A DNA stretch of 64,000 bases, from contig JAPOQU010000069.1 of assembly GCA_026710545.1 (NCBI GenBank), forward strand, positions 3,791-67,790, in the 5' to 3' direction. The translations under genes were made by a program, and so were the position numbers. Every line of letters starts with the position of its first letter. The stretch's first letter is position 1. Below the pieces are notes generated by a model. It worked only from the letters and a program-made list of their open reading frames with translations, was not told the DNA's origin and searched no databases. This document shows, piece by piece, positions 54,287-63,604 of this stretch. The DNA is from Gammaproteobacteria bacterium. Lineage in GTDB: Bacteria > Pseudomonadota > Gammaproteobacteria > Eutrophobiales > Eutrophobiaceae.

Positions 54287-55879
54287 TTATTCCGATATTG
54301 CAGAACGCACGAGATCTGATCCCCTCTCTCCGATCATGAGCACCGTGGCATTGGTGTTGCCGGTCACCAGGGTCGGCATGATGGACGCATCGATAACCCA
54401 TAACCCGTCTACACCCCTGACTTTTAAATCCGGATCCACCACGGCTCCCGCGTCATGTCCCATCCTGCAGGTCCCGACCGGGTGGTACATTGGGAAAGCG
54501 GTGTCTTTAACGAACTCCCTGAGCTGATTAGTTGCAAACACCTCTTCATCGGGATGCCGCCAACGCGCCAGGTAACCGGCAAATGCAGGCTGTTCCGTAA
54601 TCTTTCTGGCCAGCCGGCAGGCGTCGATGAGTTGTTCAATATCCTCCCCGGAATCCAGCATCGGGTAATGAATCCTGGGCGGGTCCAGCGGGTCGGGGGA
54701 ACGTAGCGTGATCTCTCCCCTGCTCTGCGTCCGCATCAAGCCGACAGCACCGCCTGCGATCTTTTCCTTGCTGAGGGCGGCGTTGTTTGCGCCGATCTCT
54801 ATATGAAATGGCGCCATGGTGACCTGTATGTTGGGCGTTTTGAATTCCTCACGGGTACGGACAAACGCGTGAGCGTGGGCAATCGGCGTTGTCAGTAACC
54901 CCTTCCCCTTAACCAGGAACCGGAATAACTGCACCAGGTTATGTACGGGACCTGCCCGGCTTCCCAGTGTCTCACCGTTAACGTCAAACGAATAACGGAT
55001 CCCCGTGTGTTCCTGCAGGTTCCTGCCGACTCCCGGCGCATGCACGATAGTGGGGATGCCTGCCCCGCTGAGCACCGGCCCGTCCCCGATGCCGGAAAGC
55101 TGCAACAGCTTTGGCGTAGCAATAGCGCCGGCACTCAGTATCACGGCGGCGCGTGCGAATGCCGTATCGGATGGGGAATTGCCAACCGCATCGGCGCGGG
55201 TGAATTCGATGCCGCGTGCCCTGTTGCCGTTAAACAGTACCCGGGTAACGCGGTTCTTGAGGCGAATATGCAGGTTGTTCCGTTTGCGCACCGGCCAGAG
55301 ATATGCCTGGGCGGCAGACTCGCGCCACCCCTTGCGCTGAGCCACCTGGACGAAGTCCACACCCTCGTGGTTTGCTCCGTTCAGGTCGTGACTCCCGGGT
55401 ATGCCGGCTTCCCGGGCGGCCCTGATCCATGCATGGGTAAGCGCACTGTCAACATTTAAATCCTCCACCGAGTGAGGACCTTCCCCGCCCCGCCATTCGT
55501 CCTCGCCGGGCCGGTTACATTCCAGGCGCCTGAAATACGGTAACACCGACGTGTAATCCCAACCGCCACAGCCCAGTTCCGCCCAGTGGTCATAATCATC
55601 GCGATGCCCGCGCACGAACATCATGCCGTTGATGGCGCTGCCTCCGCCCAGGCAACGCCCGCTCCACCAGCTATCCACCTTACCTGCCCGGCTCGGGTCC
55701 GGTTCGGCCGCATACATCCAGTTGAACTTCGGACTGTAGACGGCCGCGCCGCTGGCCGCCGGGATACGGCTGAAGGGATGTCTGTCACTCCCGCCTGCCT
55801 CTATCAGCAGAACGGAAAGCGCGGGGTCTTCGGACAGGCGCCCTGCTATTACACAACCGGCCGTGCCGCCACCAACCAC
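54287..55879 (-). CDS. GMC-family FAD oxidoreductase (choline/alcohol dehydrogenase-like); 5' end unresolved
   Basis: It has VVGGGTAGCVIAGRLSEDPALSVLLIEAGG and C-terminal MYHPVGTCRMG...IMPTLVTGNTNA. See the finding on the missing canonical start. Confidence 0.85.
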   Translation of the reverse strand: MVGGGTAGCVIAGRLSEDPALSVLLIEAGGSDRHPFSRIPAASGAAVYSPKFNWMYAAEPDPSRAGKVDSWWSGRCLGGGSAINGMMFVRGHRDDYDHWAELGCGGWDYTSVLPYFRRLECNRPGEDEWRGGEGPHSVEDLNVDSALTHAWIRAAREAGIPGSHDLNGANHEGVDFVQVAQRKGWRESAAQAYLWPVRKRNNLHIRLKNRVTRVLFNGNRARGIEFTRADAVGNSPSDTAFARAAVILSAGAIATPKLLQLSGIGDGPVLSGAGIPTIVHAPGVGRNLQEHTGIRYSFDVNGETLGSRAGPVHNLVQLFRFLVKGKGLLTTPIAHAHAFVRTREEFKTPNIQVTMAPFHIEIGANNAALSKEKIAGGAVGLMRTQSRGEITLRSPDPLDPPRIHYPMLDSGEDIEQLIDACRLARKITEQPAFAGYLARWRHPDEEVFATNQLREFVKDTAFPMYHPVGTCRMGHDAGAVVDPDLKVRGVDGLWVIDASIMPTLVTGNTNATVLMIGERGSDLVRSAISE

Positions 55880-55944
55880 GATTACGTCATACTCAGTGAT
55901 CGCGCCACCTCATTTTATGTGAAATAAATCAACTTGTTATATAA

Positions 55945-55974
55945 CTGGATTCCGGCTTGTGCCGGAATGACGGT
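55945..55974. repeat. 30-nt hairpin repeat CTGGATTCCGGC-TTGT-GCCGGAATGACGGT (copy 2 of 2)
   Basis: Matches 29290..29319 with a compensatory stem substitution. Confidence 0.75.
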
Positions 55975-55988
55975 ATCATAATCTGCAT

Positions 55989-56477
55989 TTATGGGGAGTT
56001 GTTATTACCCATGTCCAGGATAACCTTCCACGCACCGTCGTCCTGGCGTTCCCATAACAAAATGTATTTCCCCTGCCGGGGTTGCGACTGTTCCTCTGGA
56101 TTGCCTTCCTTAAGAACAAAATGAGCGGTAAAGTTGCCGCGGGTCAGCACCCAGTCTCCTTCCCTGATGACAGAGGCAACGGTCACGTCCAATTGCTCGA
56201 TGTCGAAACTACTGTGGACCACCTCTGCAAACTGGCGAATCGCCTGCTTTCCTTCCAGCGCCGGCAATGTGTTATGCATCCCCACCGCATCATCGGCAAA
56301 TATCTCCATCCAGCGTTCAGTGTCGCCCGTTTTATACGGTTCAATATAACCGTTGATCACCAAATGCTCGAAATCCTGCAAGGTCATATCATCCACTGCC
56401 TGCTGCTTATGGTTGGAACAGCCGATGACGGGAACCAGAAGTATCGTTATCAGGAGTATTTTGAAACTGTTATTCAT
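55989..56477 (-). CDS. lipoprotein with SnoaL-like/DUF4440 (NTF2-fold) domain
   Basis: 162-aa ORF with the lipobox LVPVIGC. The NTF2-like pattern includes ...WMEIFADDAVGMHN...GKYILLWERQDDGAWKVILDM. Confidence 0.65.
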   Translation of the reverse strand: MNNSFKILLITILLVPVIGCSNHKQQAVDDMTLQDFEHLVINGYIEPYKTGDTERWMEIFADDAVGMHNTLPALEGKQAIRQFAEVVHSSFDIEQLDVTVASVIREGDWVLTRGNFTAHFVLKEGNPEEQSQPRQGKYILLWERQDDGAWKVILDMGNNNSP

Positions 56478-56492
56478 AAGCGTGTTCCAGGG

Positions 56493-58022
56493 TCAGTAGT
56501 CATATTTTTCCAGGTATTCTTTTTTTATGCGTTGCTTCTTTATCTTGCCGGAATCCTCACGCGGCAGCCGGTCAACGAATTCATAGGCCGTCGGGAGCTT
56601 GAAGTTCGCCAGCCTGGTCTTCAGGTAAGTAGAGACATCAGCACCGCTTAACGGTCCTTTTTTCTCAATGACTGCAACGGGCTTTTCACCGTACTCCGGG
56701 TCCGGGATACCGAATACGACACAATCGATGACGCCGTCCATGGCGAGCAGCTCCGCCTCGATTTCTGCCGGATAAATATTGACGCCCCCGGATATCACCA
56801 TATCCGATTGACGGGAGGAAACAAACAGATAACCTGCCTCATCCAGGTAGCCGATATCCCCGGTGACCAGGAAACCGTTTTGATGCAGGTCCTCAACCTG
56901 CTCCTCTGCGTTAAGATAGGAAATACAGTGAGTGCCCTCATGTCTGACGCAGATTAATCCTTCCTCAAAGGGGCCGCGCCGGTTTCCGTTCTCAGCGCGA
57001 ATTTCAATCTCGACCCCGGGCGCCGGACGCCCGACAGTTCCTGCACATTCCAGCCATTCAGCAGAGCTGCAGCAAGTAATTATGCCTGTCTCCGTCATGG
57101 CGTAATATTCATATATCACGTTGCCCCACCAATCGATCATGTTTCTTTTCACATCCACGGGGCATCGCGCTGCGCCGTGGGTGACGTGGATCAGGGAATC
57201 CAGCCGGTACCTGCTGCGGATATCATCCGGCAAATCCAGTAATCGGACAAACATGGTGGGCACCAGGTGCAAATGGGTTATTTCATAACGCTCTATCAAG
57301 GCCAGCAGGCCTTCCGCGCTGAAGCGCGCCGTCAGGACAAGCAGCCCACCGGACTGCAGGACCATATTACCGTAGCCGTTCGGCGCAGAGTGGTACAGGG
57401 GGCCTGTCATCACCGAACGGATGGGGGTTCGATCGAACCCCCAGGCAAACCTTGTTCTTGCGCTGACTTGTGCGCCGATCTCAGGGGTTACGTTTTTGCG
57501 CAGTACGGCTTTGGGCCTGCCACTGCTGCCCGATGTATAAAACATGGGCGGCCTGAATTTTTTTTCCGGGTTCTCAAGCTCGGGACTCTTTTCTATCCAG
57601 TCAGCCCAATCCAGGAAACCCGGCTCCCCATGATCCCCATCTCCCGTGATACCGTAACTGTCCAGGATCCCAGCCGGCGTGGTTACCACAATCACCGGAA
57701 CACGTCGTATTACTCCTGCCAATTCTTGGGTCAGCAGGTCGGAATGAATGATGACGACCTTTGCCTTGCAGTCGGTCAGGATGAAATCAATCTCGGCCGG
57801 CTTTAAATGCCAGTTCACGGGAACTGCATCAAACCCAAGATAGTGCGCTGCCTCATGGACAATAAAATAAGGGATGTCATTGCGCAGGATAATAGCCACG
57901 CTGTCGTCCCCCCGAATTCCCAGGTGTCGCAGGCCGCCGGCAGCGCGCCTTGCCGCTGCATCAATGCCGCTGAATGAGCAAGACTGCCCGTCAAATGCAA
58001 GGGTACCCTGTTCTGCTTCCAC
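56493..58022 (-). CDS. AMP-dependent acyl-CoA synthetase/ligase
   Basis: It has MFYTSGSSGRPKAV (AMP-binding motif), YAMTETG, GDIGYLDEAGYLF and PREDSGKIKKQ. Start GTG 58022 was chosen because TTG 58133 would overlap the upstream gene by 94 nt. The start remains uncertain. Confidence 0.85.
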   Translation of the reverse strand: MEAEQGTLAFDGQSCSFSGIDAAARRAAGGLRHLGIRGDDSVAIILRNDIPYFIVHEAAHYLGFDAVPVNWHLKPAEIDFILTDCKAKVVIIHSDLLTQELAGVIRRVPVIVVTTPAGILDSYGITGDGDHGEPGFLDWADWIEKSPELENPEKKFRPPMFYTSGSSGRPKAVLRKNVTPEIGAQVSARTRFAWGFDRTPIRSVMTGPLYHSAPNGYGNMVLQSGGLLVLTARFSAEGLLALIERYEITHLHLVPTMFVRLLDLPDDIRSRYRLDSLIHVTHGAARCPVDVKRNMIDWWGNVIYEYYAMTETGIITCCSSAEWLECAGTVGRPAPGVEIEIRAENGNRRGPFEEGLICVRHEGTHCISYLNAEEQVEDLHQNGFLVTGDIGYLDEAGYLFVSSRQSDMVISGGVNIYPAEIEAELLAMDGVIDCVVFGIPDPEYGEKPVAVIEKKGPLSGADVSTYLKTRLANFKLPTAYEFVDRLPREDSGKIKKQRIKKEYLEKYDY

Positions 58023-58039
58023 TTCAGCGGGAATGCGTG

Positions 58040-59074
58040 TCAGGGGCGCGTCGGAAGAAGGCCCCGGGCCAGCCCGTCGCTGCCGCGTTTGACCAGTCCG
58101 GCAAAACCATCGATGTCGATATTCGAACCACAAACGATCGCGGCGACCCGCTTACCCCTGAGCCGCTCTGCGAGCGGCCCGAAGGCGGCAGCCGTGGTCG
58201 CTGCACCGGCAGGTTCAACCGCCAGTTTTCCATGTTCAAACAATATAGCTGCTGCGGCTGCAAGTTCATCGTCCGATACCAGCACAAGGTCGTCCAGTGA
58301 GCGCTCACACATTGAAAAGCAGTAATCGGTGGTAAACGGGGGAGCCAGGCTGTTGGCTATCGTAGACAACTCGGTCAGGCTCTGCGCCGAACCTGCCGCC
58401 AGGCTTTTCTGCATCACCGCGGCGCCTTCGGGTTCCACCCCGTACACCTTGCATTTTGAACTCAACAGCTTGGTAACCACTCCGATACCGGAACATAATC
58501 CGCCACCGCCTATGGGCACGACCACCGCGTCCAGTCCCTCCACCGCGTTGTGCAGTTCCAGCCCACAGGTGCCGGTCCCTTCCGTCACCCTGAAGCCTTC
58601 AAACGGGTGAATAAAGGTCCGGCCCTCCTGTTCCACTATTTCCTCAACCATCCTGAAGCCGATGGGCCCGTTCTCCGCGATCAGGATTTCAGCCCCGAGA
58701 TTGCGGGCAATTTCAATCCGGGCCGGGTTGGCGCTGGCCTGCATCACCACTTTCGCGCTGGTGTTGACGCAGCGGGCCGCATAGGCAGCGGCAATGGCGT
58801 GGTTGCCGGAACTCATTGCGGTGATACCCCGGGCCAACTGGTCAGCAGACAGGTCCAGCGCATTATTGACCGCACCGCGCACCTTGAATGTTCCGGTTCG
58901 CTGGAACAACTCCAGTTTTAAAAACAATTCCGCGTCTGCTCCCAGCCTGGAGGCGACCGTATCTCCGGACCAGTGAAAGGCCGGCGTCATCCGTATATAG
59001 GGCGCCAGTCTTGCCGCAGTTAACCGGACCTCCTCCAGGCTAGGCGCCTTGTGTTTGTTCGATTCGGCGTTCAT
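58040..59074 (-). CDS. PLP-dependent threonine/serine dehydratase-family enzyme
   Basis: 344-aa ORF with LELFQRTGTFKVRGAVNNAL (PLP lysine) and VPIGGGGLCSGI. Confidence 0.85.
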   Translation of the reverse strand: MNAESNKHKAPSLEEVRLTAARLAPYIRMTPAFHWSGDTVASRLGADAELFLKLELFQRTGTFKVRGAVNNALDLSADQLARGITAMSSGNHAIAAAYAARCVNTSAKVVMQASANPARIEIARNLGAEILIAENGPIGFRMVEEIVEQEGRTFIHPFEGFRVTEGTGTCGLELHNAVEGLDAVVVPIGGGGLCSGIGVVTKLLSSKCKVYGVEPEGAAVMQKSLAAGSAQSLTELSTIANSLAPPFTTDYCFSMCERSLDDLVLVSDDELAAAAAILFEHGKLAVEPAGAATTAAAFGPLAERLRGKRVAAIVCGSNIDIDGFAGLVKRGSDGLARGLLPTRP

Positions 59075-60180
59075 TGCATTAACCCGTTGATTGACTGTCT
59101 TATCACCCGTTCACAACCTGCCCAGACCGATTCACGCCAGTGCGGGTCATCCGGATAGTGCGCCTTCAATATATCAGACTTTATGTCACCCGCTGTTTCA
59201 GGCCGTCCGTCACCGTTAAATTCCAACCAGTGATCATCCAGCAAAGCCTTTAAATTATTTTCTGAAGAATAGGTGCCGAATTCCAGGACTATTGAGGTAA
59301 CCTGCGCTTGTTTTAATATCCGTTGATATGCCTGGGAGGGGTGACCCATTGTCGGATGGAAATGCCGTCTCGCCGAGCCCGCGTCAAGCTGTGGTGCCAT
59401 CAACTCGTGTCCGAACCAGTTCCGGGCGCGGTCCAGATTTTCCCCTTGCTGCATGCAGACAACCGTCCCATGACCGTAGGGACCCAATCCGCTGTGGATG
59501 TCGATTAAACATACCTGCTCGGCATTTCCGGCGTAATGATGCAGGATTTCTTCCAGCGTTTGCCGTGACCAGGTCGCGCCGGTTCCGCCATAAGACATCC
59601 CGTCAGGGTGCTGGTACTGTCCGGATATCACCGCGTTAATAAATGCCGGCAATCCGTGCCGTTGCCGATAGTCCAGCAGTATATTTTCAGCTTCTTCTTT
59701 CCGGGGTCCTTCGGCATCCGGACAGCATAACGCTTCATGTATCGCTTCGTACCCCGGGTTGACGGGACATGCCTCAGTAACATCAAGAAAATTCCGGCAT
59801 AAGTCCACGTTGTCTTCATTATTGCGCCTCAGGAATGCAGCGCCCCAGGGATTGACAGCATGAACCAGTAATACGGCGATGTCTTCGCGTAGAGTGAGCA
59901 AATGATCATTCTCTATCAATCCGGTTTGACAACCGGACCCGCACATCAACTCAACACCATGAAACCCCGAGGTAATCACCAGTATCTTTTGTGCAGACCG
60001 GTCGCCGATAAATGTTGTATCGACTGCAAGTGCCGCTCTTGCTTCTTCTGAGGCAGGATTTATGTAGCTGGTGACATCCAGGTTTTTTCTACGGCAAGCT
60101 TCCCGGAGCCTTTCCAGCGCCATGAAATAATCGGGGCTGAAACAGCCATCTATGCTGTCTGATGAACCTGAACCGGTCAT
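59071..60180 (-). CDS. DUF2817/M14-like metallopeptidase-family protein
   Basis: 369-aa ORF with ILVITSGFHGVELMCGSGCQ and LLVHAVNPWGAAFLRRNNEDNVDLCRNFLD, matching the DUF2817 pattern. Its stop overlaps the next gene's start by 4 nt. Confidence 0.65.
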   Translation of the reverse strand: MTGSGSSDSIDGCFSPDYFMALERLREACRRKNLDVTSYINPASEEARAALAVDTTFIGDRSAQKILVITSGFHGVELMCGSGCQTGLIENDHLLTLREDIAVLLVHAVNPWGAAFLRRNNEDNVDLCRNFLDVTEACPVNPGYEAIHEALCCPDAEGPRKEEAENILLDYRQRHGLPAFINAVISGQYQHPDGMSYGGTGATWSRQTLEEILHHYAGNAEQVCLIDIHSGLGPYGHGTVVCMQQGENLDRARNWFGHELMAPQLDAGSARRHFHPTMGHPSQAYQRILKQAQVTSIVLEFGTYSSENNLKALLDDHWLEFNGDGRPETAGDIKSDILKAHYPDDPHWRESVWAGCERVIRQSINGLMQ

Positions 60181-60302
60181 GAAAATGGATTCTTTTTTCA
60201 GTCAGTTATCTGAATGCTCATTGACTTCATGGAATATACGGCAAAACCTGCAACTGAATTTATTCAGGACAACGATTATGCTATTGCAAACAGGCAGGTT
60301 TG

Positions 60303-61349
60303 CTACATAATGGCCGGGATACGTTCCGCCCTTACCTGCCTGGGTGTCACACCAAAGTGCTTTCTGAATGCCGTGGTAAAATTGCTCGAATACTCGTACC
60401 CCACGTTCATGGCGATTTGAGTGATCGTCAGTTCCGTATTGGCCAGTAACTCACAGGCTTTTTCCATGCGGGCGCGGTGCTGGTAATTATGTACGGTCGT
60501 GCCTACGGCCTGCCTGAACACCCGCATCAACTGGGTCTCGTTCCATGACAGGGATTTGGCCAGGTCGTTGATGGTATGCGTTGTGGACAGGTCATTTTCG
60601 AGAATCTCACATATCTCCGCGACACGCCTGATGTCTTTTTGCCTGAGCGGGATTTTGTCCGACCCAGGGCTCGACCACATCTTTGATAACTGGTCCAGCG
60701 TGTAACAAAGCAATTCCAGGGTCTTCGCTTCAATCTGCAACTGTTGCAGGCGGCCCGTGTAATTCGTTTCAAACAGGGACCTGACAGCAGAAATCATCTC
60801 GGGACGCATACGTACCGCACAGTAATACATGTCCTTCTGCTCACCGTACAGGAACTGTCCCAGGGGCGTGGTCTTCAACAGCGACGTGCCGGAAATGATT
60901 TCTTCCAGGAAATGAGGGTCGCACAGCAGTGTCACCGACTGCTCATGCTCGTGTGCAGGAAAACACTCGATCTTTTTCATGCCCGAAGGCTGGATCAGAA
61001 CGCCGAAAGTCATGGGATCCACCGGCTCCAGTTCTCCCCCCTCGGCGCCTATCTCGCTGCTGCCGCTGTAACGGAAATGAAACTTGACCACGTCATCGCT
61101 TTCGCTCAAATCACTGTGGGCATAATCGTGTTCAACATCGCCTATCAGCACAGCCAGTCCTTTCCTGACCATGCAGATGTCTTTTATGCCGTGAGTCTCC
61201 GGTACCGGCGTCGCCAGCCGCAAGCCGAAATGACGGTCATAGGGCTGTTTCTCAAGCGGCGCATACTTGGGCGGTATATCCGGGAGCAAGTCCGGAGCAT
61301 CGCTTCCAGGATTAACGGGAACTACCGTTTCCGCTTTGTTTTCAGACAT
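60303..61349 (-). CDS. AraC-family transcriptional regulator
   Basis: ATG 61349 follows the SD GAGG: MSENKAETVV... The C-terminal HTH pair is INDLAKSLSWNETQLMRVFRQ...ITQIAMNVGYEYSSNFTTAFRKHFGVTPRQVR. Confidence 0.85.
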   Translation of the reverse strand: MSENKAETVVPVNPGSDAPDLLPDIPPKYAPLEKQPYDRHFGLRLATPVPETHGIKDICMVRKGLAVLIGDVEHDYAHSDLSESDDVVKFHFRYSGSSEIGAEGGELEPVDPMTFGVLIQPSGMKKIECFPAHEHEQSVTLLCDPHFLEEIISGTSLLKTTPLGQFLYGEQKDMYYCAVRMRPEMISAVRSLFETNYTGRLQQLQIEAKTLELLCYTLDQLSKMWSSPGSDKIPLRQKDIRRVAEICEILENDLSTTHTINDLAKSLSWNETQLMRVFRQAVGTTVHNYQHRARMEKACELLANTELTITQIAMNVGYEYSSNFTTAFRKHFGVTPRQVRAERIPAIM

Positions 61350-61443
61350 GGTTGAACCTCGGCAATTCTGTTGTGTACAGTCACGGGAGGCAATCCCGGC
61401 CAACGTATAATTTTTTCACACTGAAACCGGACTTTATTACATA

Positions 61444-62964
61444 ATGGCGCTTATTGACACACCTGATCGCAAAAGCCCGGCCATGATTACTGATCTGCGA
61501 AGAAGAGATGTACTACGCCAACTCGGCGCCCTGGGGGTGACGGGCACTATCGGCCAGTTGTATTTGGGTTCCCTGTTTGCCCGACCGGGGCAGGCTGCAC
61601 CAGGGCTGGACCGGCTGGTAACCGGTGAAGTCGTCAACCGTGACGATGACCAGTATGAAGCCTGGCGCAACAGCATGGTCTGGCACCTGAGAAAGCCCGC
61701 GCGTTACCCGGATGCGATCATGCGGGCGCAGTCCGAACAGGACGTCATCAGCGCGGTGAAGTACGCTACGGACAACGGACTTAAGGTGTCAACCAGGAGC
61801 AGCGGGCATAATTCCACCGGCGCCGCCTTACGCGATAGCGGCCTGTTGATCGACCTGGCCTTGCTGCGGGACGTCGAAATCGATGCCGGCCGTAAAACTG
61901 CGCGAGTGCAACCGGCGTTGTGGTCAGAGCAGCTTGTCCGGGAAGCCGGGAAACACGGCCTCGCCTTCCCTGCCGCACACTGCCCCACGGTAGCGCTTGG
62001 GGGCTACCTGCTGGGCGGCGGTGCAGGCTGGAACCATGCCCATTGGGGAAGCGTCGCCTGCCATTCGATAAAGAGCGCCGATGTCATCCTGGCCGGCGGC
62101 AGGAAGGTCACCGCCAGCGCCGCTTCCCATCCTGACCTGTACTGGGCCGTGCGCGGCGTCGGCCCCGGTTTTTTCGGTATCGTCACCGGGTTCGAATTGC
62201 AGCTTTATCCCCTGCCGGGCGCCATATACACCAGCATGTATATCGCCCCCCTGGATGAACTGCAGACCGTGGTGGATTCCCTGGATGAGCTTAACCGTGT
62301 CAAGGATGAGCGTGTGGAGATACTGGTCCTGTTAATGCACAATCCACAGGCGCCCGGCGACACACCGCATGGCGAGGCCAAGGTATGCATGGTAGGCGTG
62401 CAGGCCTTCGCCGACACGGAAACGGAAGCAAAAACGATGCTGGCCCCGTTTGCAAACAGCGAACTTGCCTCGGCCAGCGTGTTCAAGGTGGAGCAGCAGC
62501 CGTCTTCATTTACAAAACTGTATAACCCGGAAAACGTCGATTCCGGCATCGGCCGCTACGCGGTCGATAACGTCTGGACCGACGATCCGGGACAAGCCTT
62601 GTTGTCTGTGGCGGAACATTTCAAGAACACGCCGTCGGCCCGTACCCACGTATTGTGCTCGTACGGGATCAAGGCGGAACTGCGGGATGATGCCTGCTTT
62701 TCGCGTATCGCTAACCACTATATTGCCAGTTACCTGCTCTGGAACGATGCGGACAACGACGAGGCCAATCACGCCTGGCTGAAACAGACCAATGACCTGC
62801 TGCAACCGTACAGCAAGGGGACTTACATCAACGAGATAGAAGCGACCCTGTTCCCGGAGCGAGTCAGGTCCTGTTTTTCCGATGAAAGCTGGGCGCGGCT
62901 CGCCGAACTGCGTAAAAAATATGATCCCGACAATGTCTTTCATACCTGGCTCGGGTATGCATGA
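61444..62964 (+). CDS. FAD-linked oxidase (VAO/BBE family) with twin-arginine signal
   Basis: 506-aa ORF with LRRRDVLRQLGALGVTG (Tat motif), TRSSGHNSTGAAL (FAD_binding_4) and a BBE-like tail YINEIE...KKYDPDNVFH. Confidence 0.85.
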   Translation: MALIDTPDRKSPAMITDLRRRDVLRQLGALGVTGTIGQLYLGSLFARPGQAAPGLDRLVTGEVVNRDDDQYEAWRNSMVWHLRKPARYPDAIMRAQSEQDVISAVKYATDNGLKVSTRSSGHNSTGAALRDSGLLIDLALLRDVEIDAGRKTARVQPALWSEQLVREAGKHGLAFPAAHCPTVALGGYLLGGGAGWNHAHWGSVACHSIKSADVILAGGRKVTASAASHPDLYWAVRGVGPGFFGIVTGFELQLYPLPGAIYTSMYIAPLDELQTVVDSLDELNRVKDERVEILVLLMHNPQAPGDTPHGEAKVCMVGVQAFADTETEAKTMLAPFANSELASASVFKVEQQPSSFTKLYNPENVDSGIGRYAVDNVWTDDPGQALLSVAEHFKNTPSARTHVLCSYGIKAELRDDACFSRIANHYIASYLLWNDADNDEANHAWLKQTNDLLQPYSKGTYINEIEATLFPERVRSCFSDESWARLAELRKKYDPDNVFHTWLGYA

Positions 62965-62992
62965 CCAAAATGAAGCCTCACCAATATTTGAA

Positions 62993-63044
62993 CATTTGGG
63001 GTCAGAGCAATAGCTCTGACCCCAAATGTTCCTGACCCCAAATA
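62993..63044. repeat. GGGGTCAGAG-family hairpin CATTTGGGGTCAGAGC-aata-GCTCTGACCCCAAATG plus an extra half copy CTGACCCCAAATAT
   Basis: Perfect 16-bp stem (62993..63027), read directly, 29 nt after the oxidase stop. Confidence 0.85.
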
Positions 63045-63072
63045 TAAAGTAACAAGGCAGGAGGTTACAAAC

Positions 63073-63549
63073 ATGCATACAGACAAAAATTATACCGATC
63101 AACTGGCTATCGAAATCATCGATCTGCACCGTTTCTTCGAGGACTGGTTCGGCGGCTACTGCGATGACAGCGAGGAGGTCTTTGCAGAGCGTCTGCTGAG
63201 CCGGATGCACGAGGATTTCAACATTGTCCTGCCGGGCGGGATGATGATTTACGGCGCCCATTTCTGGCCGGAGTTCAGGAAACTGTACGGCAGCAACCCG
63301 GATTTCCACATCAGCATCCGCGCCGTCCGGCAGACGCCGTTGCCCGCTGATTCAGCGTACCTCGTAACCTACGAGGAATGGCAGCGGAACGCCCTGCAAT
63401 CCAAACCACAGGACAACGGGCGGCTGTCCTCAGCCGTTTTTATCGACGATGAGGGTGCGCCCAACGGCATAAAGTGGTTCCATGTACATGAGACATGGCT
63501 ACCCGATGCCGTCATTACGGCTGAGGCGTACGACTGGGAACACAGTTAA
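63073..63549 (+). CDS. hypothetical protein, possibly NTF2-like/DUF4440
   Basis: 158-aa ORF with the pattern LHRFFEDWFGG...FNIVLPGG...YEEWQ...RLSSAVFID...IKWFHVHETW. The assignment is weak. Confidence 0.4.
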   Translation: MHTDKNYTDQLAIEIIDLHRFFEDWFGGYCDDSEEVFAERLLSRMHEDFNIVLPGGMMIYGAHFWPEFRKLYGSNPDFHISIRAVRQTPLPADSAYLVTYEEWQRNALQSKPQDNGRLSSAVFIDDEGAPNGIKWFHVHETWLPDAVITAEAYDWEHS

Positions 63550-63563
63550 AGAATAGGGGAAAA

Positions 63564-63588
63564 GGGGACAGATTTAAAACCTGTCCCC
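63564..63588. terminator. hairpin GGGGACAG-atttaaaac-CTGTCCCC between convergent genes
   Basis: Read directly. Same family as 5725..5748. Confidence 0.5.
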
Positions 63589-63604
63589 TATTCTCCTTTT
63601 CTTC

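Noticed and set aside
57423-57442. Perfect 20-nt palindrome GGGGGTTCGATCGAACCCCC resembling a tRNA T-arm (GGTTCGA)
   Set aside because: It lies inside the well-supported acyl-CoA ligase reading frame (...WGFDRTPI...). No acceptor, D or anticodon arms can be drawn around it.
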